A DNA stretch of 20,000 nucleotides from Catajapyx aquilonaris (Eukaryota): NCBI GenBank assembly GCA_000934665.2, contig KZ538080.1, forward strand, positions 110,153 to 130,152. Direction: 5' to 3'. The stretch's first letter is position 1, and each line of letters opens with the position of its first letter. The notes below the pieces were generated by a model, which ran no database searches, was not told the DNA's origin, and saw only the letters and a list, made by a program, of their open reading frames with translations. The position numbers and the translations under genes are program-made. Shown piece by piece: positions 1 to 8,052 of this stretch.

Positions 1-33
1 GTTGACGTCGCACAGCCGGAGATAGAGGACGCC

Positions 34-40
34 TATAAAA
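34..40 (+). promoter_or_regulatory. TATA box of GLOD4, with a CRE-like TGACGTC at 3-9
   Basis: TATAAAA lies about 85 nt upstream of the GLOD4 ATG (120), in a CpG-containing stretch. Confidence 0.5.
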
Positions 41-119
41 CCGGGGGGACTCCCTTTCCGTGGTCTAGATCTCGATTGATTGTGTTTGCTGGACGTTGAA
101 GGACGACATAGGACCAAAG

Positions 120-1797
120 ATGCCGACCGGACGGGCACTCCACTGGGTCTTCAAGATCGGGGAAAGGAGGCAGACCATGAAGTTTTACAGGGAGCTTCTG
201 GGGATGAAGGTGAGATATACCTTCAGAGGGACATGAACAATACAAATGTCATAATGTAGGTCGAAATGATGCAACATGATAAGTACATGTAGCACCAAGA
301 GCTAATGGTAGCACACAAGCCGTTGATGTATGTTCAGTACATTTTTTCCATGCAATGCAGGTGCTGAGACATGAAGAGTTCAGCGAAGGATGCAAGGCGA
401 CCTGCAATGGTCCTTATGGTGGAAGGTGGAGCAAAACTATGATTGGTTATGGATCTGAGGATAACCACTTTGTTATTGAGCTGACTTACAACTACGGCAT
501 CACCGAATATGAGCTTGGAAATGACTTCAGGGGCATCACGATCCGTTCCCGTGAGGCCATACAGCGGGCCAAGGCAATGGGATGGCCCGGAAAGGATGAT
601 GGGGGAAAGTATGTTGTGGAGGCTCCAGGAGGGTACAAGTACTTTCTTTTGGATGAACCACAACCAACTGATGACAAAGGTAGGGTAACAATGTCGAAGG
701 TATTATAACTTACCTTTGGACGTTAGTTTTAATGTTGTTACTATGGCCTTTAGTAAGGGATCAATCGTTGTTTAAAGTCCAACATTTGGAGTCATTTGGA
801 GTCCGTTGCTGTACTCGGATTTGTACTCCCAATCATCAATGCCTTGGTCTGCCTCGTAACACTGAAGCAGATAAGTGCCTACTTATCAGCAGATGTACCT
901 AATCAGAAGTCTGGGTTTTCTCAAGATGTACTGTTATGTCTACAGCAATGAAATTAGTCACTGCCATACCTAGATTGAATCTCATATCAGACATTTTAAA
1001 AATAATTGAAATTTGCTGTTTTTCTTTTGTCCCTTTATTTAATCCCATTATACATCACATTCTCTATATCACAGCTGTATCCCTTTAAAAAATTTATCTG
1101 CAATAAGTTTACCCAGTTTACCTAATGGTTTCAACAACACTACTTTTCAGATCCCGTTGTTAAGGTGGCCTTCTCAAGTTCGAACCTTCAGAAATCGCTC
1201 GACTACTGGCATGGATTGCTTGGACTAAAGATCTATGACGACAGTGACAAGAAAGTGGCCCTCCTGGGCTTTTCAGATGCGCAGGCCAAGGTGGAGATCC
1301 ATGACATTGGGGTCCCTGTGAATCATGCCCAAGCCTACGGACGTATCGCCTTTTCCTGCCCTAAGGTGGAGCAACCACCGCTGGAGAAGCTCATCAAGGA
1401 GAAAGGGCACAAAATTATTAATCCACTCACCAGTCTGGACACACCTGGAAAGGCCACTGTTACTGTGGTCATTCTGGCTGATCCTGTAAGGCATCTCGCT
1501 ATTCATGTCCTCACATTGCAAAGTTCTGATGATTGTCACTTGATAAAATTTTAAACTGTGACTCCTGAGAGTTCTTGGTGTATGGGACAAGCTCCAGAGT
1601 ATTAAGACACACAATCAGATGATTTTAACTTACATAATTATTTCCTTCCTCTCCAGATGGTAATTATTCCCCATGTTCTTTTCTTGCAGGATGACCATGA
1701 GATTTGCTTTGTGGAAGATGAAGGCTTCCGGAAGCTCTCAGAACCTGATGTGGATGGAGATCAACAATTGGACAAATCAATGAAGCGTGATCCATAA
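120..1797 (+). CDS. GLOD4: Glyoxalase domain-containing protein 4, about 283 aa, 4 exons
   Basis: Exons 120-209 ([14 protein letters not shown]...LLGMK), 361-679 ([31 protein letters not shown]), 1151-1485 (DPVVKV...[10 protein letters not shown]...[17 protein letters not shown]) and 1690-1797 ([17 protein letters not shown]...DP*). All introns are GT-AG, phases 0/1/0, total 852 nt. Motifs match the GLOD4 family. Confidence 0.96.
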
Positions 1798-2866
1798 ACA
1801 TTAATATCTTTCAACAAAATGTTCGCCAGCTTTTATGTGCTGTGCACACAGTTGAATATCATGAAGCCCTGTGGGCCCATACTTGGTATATGGAAATAAT
1901 ATTAAAGCCTGAGAATTGATCATTCCTCGTCCTCGCTGTTTCTTTCAATAACTTACTCGTATTATACAATGTGTTGTTGGTATTGGCTCTCCAAGTTTCA
2001 TCCTCCCAGCTCGGCAGCTCCCAATGATTATTATTTTCCTTTTGTGCCACAATTATTCACACCATTTCTGCTAACAAATGCAATGGACAGATGCAAAGTC
2101 ACACTTGCATCTTGAATTTCTAAGCATGATGTACCTGGTCTATCAGGCATAGTTATTCTTACTTCAATCAGCAGAAACATATAACTGGGCGCACAGGCAA
2201 TAGCTTCCCTAGAAGTTCAACGAATGCCAGTCAAGACACTCTTTCAGGAGAGAGAAAACTACCATGGTAATTGTACCTACGAAAATGAGTCTTCCCTTTC
2301 CCTTGCTCCAGTGCCTTTAAACTCTCGACATCCTCAAGCGACTCAGGTATAGCAGCGATAGACCTAAGTTAGTCTTTTCTTGTAGTTATTACTGTACAGT
2401 ATACAGGGTGCTATGACTACATTTGAGAGTGAACTCGTAGGCACCAGAGGGTCACTATGTGGCAATGTCATGAAAACCCAAACCAGGTCCAAACCCATGA
2501 TCAAGAATGCAACTGAAGGGAGAAATATCAATATTGAATCTGCAACACTTGGGGAATCTGGACGAACCAGAACAACCTGAAGTGCTTTGGAAACCCAACC
2601 CACAAGAAGTATGCTTCGATTTCCTGTTTCCAGATAGTCTCCGTTTGTTACTTACGTTTTTTTACAGGATGGCCGTTCTTGGCGGAAAGTGACGGTTCCA
2701 GGAAGCTTTCAAAATCTGAACTGGATGGAGCTGAAGCTTTGAGCAAATAAATGCAAAGAAAGTGGTAACTAATCTGAATATATGAACAAGTTGTTCATAG
2801 GCTTTATGTACACAGTGCAAAAAATGAACCCATTTTTGGCATACAAAATTAACACACAATAATTAA

Positions 2867-5800
2867 TCAGTCCTCCTCTTCACTGCTGCTATCTATGACC
2901 TTATAGTACTCATCATTGTCAATCTCGATCTGCAGAGGTGCTCTCTGCTGACCAGTCCTTTTCCTGTTCAGCTTGGAACGAAGATCATCATGCTCTGTTA
3001 CAGGAACACGTCTGGCAAGAGAATCACGGAGGTCAGAGTAGTCTTCCCCTTCTAACGCCCACTGGGTTTCTTCAGCATCTTCCTCCACATCATCCTCGTC
3101 TGTTTCATACTGGAGCACAACTTCACGATCCAAGCGTTGCCTCAAGTCTCTGGTGTCTACAGTTCGTTGGAGTCTCGACTCCACGTTCCTCTGTCTTGAC
3201 TCTGCATTCCGCTGGTGCCTTGATTCCACGCTCCTCTGCTGTTGCCTGCCCCTCTCCTGCTGCTGTTGCTGTTGCCTGCCCCTCTCATGCTGCTGTTGCT
3301 GTTGCCTGCCCCTCTCCTCCTGCTGCTGCTGCTGCTGCTGCCTGCCCCTCTCCTGCTGCTGCTTCTTCCTTTCCACCACCTTAGATGATGGAATTTTGTT
3401 AATATCAATGCTGCATAAATGTAAACCAACATCACAAAACTTAATTGTATTGAGTTTATACTTCGTTGAGCAAAAGTCATCTACCACTTGATGTAATACC
3501 ATACAGGCAGTCCCAGACTTAAGGGGGCGCAGTAGAAAAAATACGTTAAACCAGATGGCTCTGCAGCTATAGCTGTCGAAGTGAGCCTACTGATTGTTTG
3601 TAAGTACTGGACAATAAAAGGCAGTTGTTGCCTCTAGACATTCTAGAGACTGTAGACTCTAGAGCAGGGGTGGGCAAAACTTGGATATGTCCTCAGTGGC
3701 TACTTCTTAGATAATGACATGCAGTTATAATGAAAGTCATTCTTAATTTATTGCCCTTCACCTTGCGCTCCTCATCATCGGCGTGCATCCTCATCCTAGG
3801 CCGTTTGAGCTTGGTGGTCCACTCGTCGTCACTTGACTCTGACCCAGACCTGGGCATCTTTCTCCTCAAGTCCCTCACTGGCGGTGGGGCCTCCTCCATC
3901 CTTGGTGGTCGCTGCGGCATCCTCCTCACTGCCATTCTTCTAGGTTCCTCCACGGGTTCTTCCTTGTCTGCAGCTCCCCACTTCTCAGCAAGACCCTTCC
4001 AAGGGTTCTTTCCACCAGATGATACAGACTTGATCTGCTGCTTTCTGGTCTTTGATATAATACCCTTTATCCCACCATAGTTGGGATTCCCATGCTTTTT
4101 GTAGTAGTCACTCATCCGTTCAGCACCCATGGTTTTTTTGTCTGCACGGGTTGGGAAACGAAACAACAGTGCTTTGGCCTTTGTGCTTTCAGTCCCCAGG
4201 CGCCAAGGGCCTGGTGGAATAGGCACTGTTATCTCAGAGGAATGAACAGAATTTCCTGTCATTGGGTCATCATCTTCCATATCAATACCGTCCTTGTGGC
4301 GGTTTTTTAAGCCACGTACGTGCTGCGTCAGGCCAATCATGGCACGTGCTGCTGATGTCCTCTCCATCCACACCACATTGCCTAAAATGAAGGTCAGTTG
4401 TGGCTCACACAGTGGCTCAGACAGTCAGAACCCATTCTCCCAGAACTGAAATCAAGTGCTGTACTATGGTGAGTGTCTCTAGGCAGAATTTGTATGTTTG
4501 TTATCCGCATTTGGTTACATCGTCACCTGCTTCCACGGATGGACGGTTACTGATTCCAGTAACCATTGAAACAGGCTGTGTAAATAAGAGGTTTCACTGC
4601 TAGTCTAATGCAAATTTGAATATGAGCTTTAATCCATCCCAATGCAAGTGAAACGTTCAATCATAACAGCATCCTCTATCAGGTCACCACACTCTACTTG
4701 TCAGTGCCATACCGGTACACATAAAAAAAGGTAGCGTGCATTTGTCATGCTGTGTGTGCAATTACTTACAGGAGCAGTCATTTATCCATTCTATGGAAGT
4801 AGGGCCATAATTCTTGAAGTACGCAAACACATCCTCAGTGCTCATTTCTTGTGTTCCTCTCACGTGAATGGCTTCCAGCCGGTACTGAACTGAGGGCTTG
4901 TCCAACTCGTAGTCCTCATCCGGAATACCCATGCTGCAAGCATACCTCTGTTTAGGTAATGAATTCAAGCTTCTTCATGACTTTACATTACCTTTCATAC
5001 AGTTCTCTCAACTTTTCTGGGTTTACAGCACCCGCACTCTCATCAATTCCAAATCTCTTGGCCCGCTCTTCTCGCTTTGCATTGCTCTCCTCTCCAAACA
5101 CATCTACGCCAGTCACAAATCCACCATCTTTATTCTCATACAGCTTCTTTCCAACCTGCAATGAGCACAAAGTATTGTGAGGCTAAATGGAAATGATCTG
5201 TGTTAGTATTGGCATGTAAACAAATCATTTAAGGAGCTTTTCCTAAACTATGACTTGCCAGTAAGTAGGATGTTTTAAATGCTCCAGTTTGATATACTAA
5301 TACTCAAATAACTATTCATTTTTGTTAAAAAGTCAACATTTTGATTGACTCTGGAGCAAAACAAAAACAAAAACACACACAGCTTAAATGAGGATTTCCT
5401 TTCTTCTGAGCCATCATACATGAATATTTCGCCATTACATGCACTAACAGCAGGTCAGATGCACCATCTTCCATTTAGCAACAGCCTGTAAACATTCACC
5501 TACACTCAGCCCCAGCAACTCCTATCTAGCCATACAGGGAAGAGCGTGAGCTTGGTTGACCCCTCCCCCACGGTAGAATGTTCTATTTGACGCTGGCATC
5601 TCTCCACAGAGCACAGCTTCGACGTCACGTTCGGGCGGACGCTTTTCTGAACCATTCTTTCCAATGCAGCTGATTCAGAAGGGAAAATCGCAGAGCCAGC
5701 CACCCGAACATGATATCAAAGTTGTGCTCTGTGGAGGACAGCAGCACCACGTCCGTAACCAGCTAAGCTCATGCATAGGGGGAGGGAGTTGCGCAACCTA

Positions 5801-7680
5801 AGTAGTAGGCCATGCAAACAGGCCATGCCTACACTGCATAAATGTTCAATATTGTCGCAGCCTGCTTGGCAACGTAGCTTTGTATGGCCCTGCGGCAACC
5901 CTGTGCATAGCCATGTGTAATTATTATCTAGTCATTATAATTAGTGTCCTATTAGAAACCGGCTCATCACTTTTGATGTTGCTCCATGTTTTCAGCAGGT
6001 TTTATTTTCATTAATGTTGCTCATTGTTTACTGCTACAAATTAGTTAACTTCAAGTGCAACCAATGCAATGCATGGGTAACTGCTGAACTCACTAGGTAT
6101 CTACACTGTAAGAAAAATTCCAGGCAGAGTCTGAAACCTCATTAAGATCCAACTTTGTCCATACTACCTCAACGAAAGAAAATGCAAAGATGATGATTAC
6201 ATGCCCTTTTTTGCCCATCTTTGGGTCACACCGTAAAAACTGATCAGCTTCAAGAAGGCATTCATCTGCCATCACTGACAATTAAGAAACTCTTTCTGTT
6301 CTGTGACCAATTTCTTGCCAGTTCTAATGGCACAGTCTGCAGGGCTAATGAGTAGATTAGGAAAACCACAAGTGCATTAATAGTATTAGTGATATTTTGA
6401 TACTTACACAAAATTTAATTTGAAACATGGCATGGACAGATGAGAAATAACAGTGGGAAGGAAGTACTATGTAGGAAAAACAGCTGTGGTGAAATTTTTA
6501 CCCTTCCAAAGTCAGCATTAGCAGTCACAATAATATACCATTTACAAATAGCCATAGTTACTTGTTACAAAACTCCTCACTCAAAACTATATCATAACTA
6601 TACAGGGTGTTTGTTACTAGTCCAGCCAACGGCTGTCAGCTTATTCCTTGAAACCAAGAGAAGTCAAAAATGTAGGGGGGAGAAATGTCTAGAAAGCAAC
6701 TGTTAACATTATGGTTTTTGTTGTTTCATTAAAGTTTTCCTTGCTCCTAGGATTATCCGACCTTTTCATGTTCTGACCATTCCCCAGTCCTGTGGGCGAG
6801 GGACAATTGGGGTTTTACTGTAATCCTTCCCCTGACAATGGGCTATCGGCCTTGTGAAATAAGACACAGTGTGTATAACTCTGCAATGGTCTACTCTGGT
6901 GCTTGTGGCTGTGTAGTCTTAGCCAATCTCAAGCCACGTTTATATCTTACTTGTTAGTGTTAGTGTGACGCCATGGCCAGAAATTCGTCATATTAATTTC
7001 ATTTTATAAAGGCCTAGCTCAGGCCTAGCGAATACAGCTGAATCTGGATATAACAGACTTCAAGGGACCCTGGAAATCAATCTGTTATAGCCGAATACAC
7101 AGGCCATATATGAAAGTATGGTGGGACCTGCCTTTTGAGGCTGTTGCATCTGGATTCAACTGTACATGAGATTGTTTTTTCAATGGTTTTAAGAGCAAGT
7201 GACCTATGAGTTGAGGTGGTGGTCTGGACCCAAACCCACCGCATTAACTTGGTATTTCCACACATGCTTGGGGCATTTGTGCACCATTATTTCGGCCACC
7301 TCCCACCCAACACCTCTGATGCTGGGATTTACCCTGTCAGGCAGCGCTCCCTCCACCACCACCTTGGCTGCAGCCTTCCCATTGACAGCCTCCTCTTCCT
7401 CATCCGGCATCTCCTCCTCCACCCCGCTGATCTCCCCTTCCTCCGTGTCCTCCTCCTCCTGCCCTGGGACCTTCCTGGGGGAAGCCCCAACAACCACAGG
7501 AGGTGCAGGAGACGCCCTCCTCTCAGGCCCAGTCTGCCCTTCACTCCCAGCAGCCTCCAACAGGACAGAAGCCCCACCGCCGTCCTCCTCCTCCTCCTCC
7601 GTGTCCATGGCCTCGTTCAGGTCATTCTCTATCTCTATGGTCAGGTTGGGAAGGGCAGATGAAGCGGACACAGCAGACAT
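2867..7680 (-). CDS. NCBP3: Nuclear cap-binding protein subunit 3 (C17orf85 homolog), about 602 aa, 5 exons
   Basis: Exons 7680-7333, 5155-4992 (KLYENKDGGFVTGVD...ERAKRFG), 4933-4770 (RLEAIHVRGTQEMSTEDVFAYFKNYGPTSIEWINDCS), 4381-3762 (CNVVW...LLFRFPTRADKK...SDYYKKHGNPNYGGIKGIIS...MRMHADDEE) and 3379-2867. Phases 0/2/1/0 are consistent, total 1809 nt. The RRM-like core and GNPNYGG motif are diagnostic of NCBP3. The exon 1 donor and the intron 4 boundaries are inferred from phase. Confidence 0.92.
3140..3365 (-). repeat. Coding tandem repeat in NCBP3 exon 5: (ERGRQn)x4 followed by degenerate (N/S)(V/A)ESRxQR units
   Basis: On +, the unit ...tgcctgcccctctc... recurs four times between CTG/TTG runs. 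Translation reads ERGRQQQQQQQEERGRQQQQQHERGRQQQQQQERGRQQQ RSVESRHQRNAESRQRNVESRLQR. Confidence 0.9.
5499..5809. mobile_element. Foldback/MITE-like inverted repeat in NCBP3 intron 1
   Basis: 37-bp arms at 5602-5638 and 5700-5736 (CTCCACAGAGCACAgCTTcGAcgTCAcGTTCGGGcGG vs the reverse complement of the right arm, 6 transition mismatches). More degenerate outer arms (CCTAC..GCAACTCC..GAGCTT) extend to about 5499 and 5809. Confidence 0.7.
7035..7162. mobile_element. pogo/Tigger-like (Tc1/mariner superfamily) MITE, 128 bp
   Basis: Flanked by TA (7033-34, 7163-64). TIRs are CAGCTGAATCTGGATATAACAG vs reverse complement CAGTTGAATCCAGATGCAACAG (17/22). Internal GGGACC and GTTATA subrepeats are typical of Tigger-type MITEs. 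Confidence 0.75.
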
Positions 7681-8052
7681 CCTTCAATCTTCCGGAGAGA
7701 GACCACCACAACGACGCAAAGCTTGTGCTGCAGAGGCCCACACAGAGTCACAGACCAAACACAGCGTCGCAGCTACCGCACGAACTGGCTATAGCCACTA
7801 AGGTCCAACTGCTTTGAAAATATGAACCAAGGAGTAGCTGATAAGCGACAACAGCTGTTATTTTTGGCAGCACCTGTCCTGTAACGGCTACTAACACTCC
7901 TTTGTTGGAATGCGTCAACAATGCCAAATAATTGGTTTACAATTATTTGGAGTGAGGAGGAACTTTGAAGTGGAGCCATGTCGTTCTGCAGGAATATTAT
8001 GGGATTAAGGCGTCATCGGAGCGTGTTCGATGGAAGGACCTCCGGATGCCAG
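7681..8052. promoter_or_regulatory. Putative bidirectional promoter shared by NCBP3 and SMPD4
   Basis: Divergent start codons at 7680 (-) and 8053 (+; in-frame alternatives at 7978 and 7999). Locally CpG-rich, no clear TATA, and a YY1/Pho-type AAGATGGCG at 8079-8087. Confidence 0.75.

Noticed and set aside
868..890. Small hairpin GCAGATAAGT-GCCT-ACTTATCAGC in GLOD4 intron 2 as part of an H/ACA RNA
   Set aside because: No convincing two-hairpin H/ACA layout.
1657..1689. Alternative upstream acceptor for GLOD4 exon 4 (would add [11 protein letters not shown]), or a 3-nt microexon
   Set aside because: The insertion would split the conserved DP-DxHEICF motif, and the intron after a microexon would be only 30 nt.
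2938..3491. Poly-Cys, poly-Ala and poly-Ser ORFs (2938-3384 +, 3153-3491 +, 3157-3480 -)
   Set aside because: Shadow frames of the CAG-rich NCBP3 exon.
3657..3680. hAT-like end CAGGGGTGGGCAA after CTCTAGAG
   Set aside because: Only one end is found; no partner TIR or second TSD.
6190..6281. Box C/D snoRNA-like ATGATGA...CTGA
   Set aside because: It is antisense to the host intron (NCBP3 is on -), has no terminal stem and no recognisable rRNA guide.
6601..6705. Mariner-like TACAGGGTGT terminus
   Set aside because: No matching opposite TIR seen; too short to call.
7199..7817. Long + strand ORFs overlapping NCBP3 exon 1
   Set aside because: Antisense shadows of a GC-rich, Glu-rich exon, with no recognisable domain.
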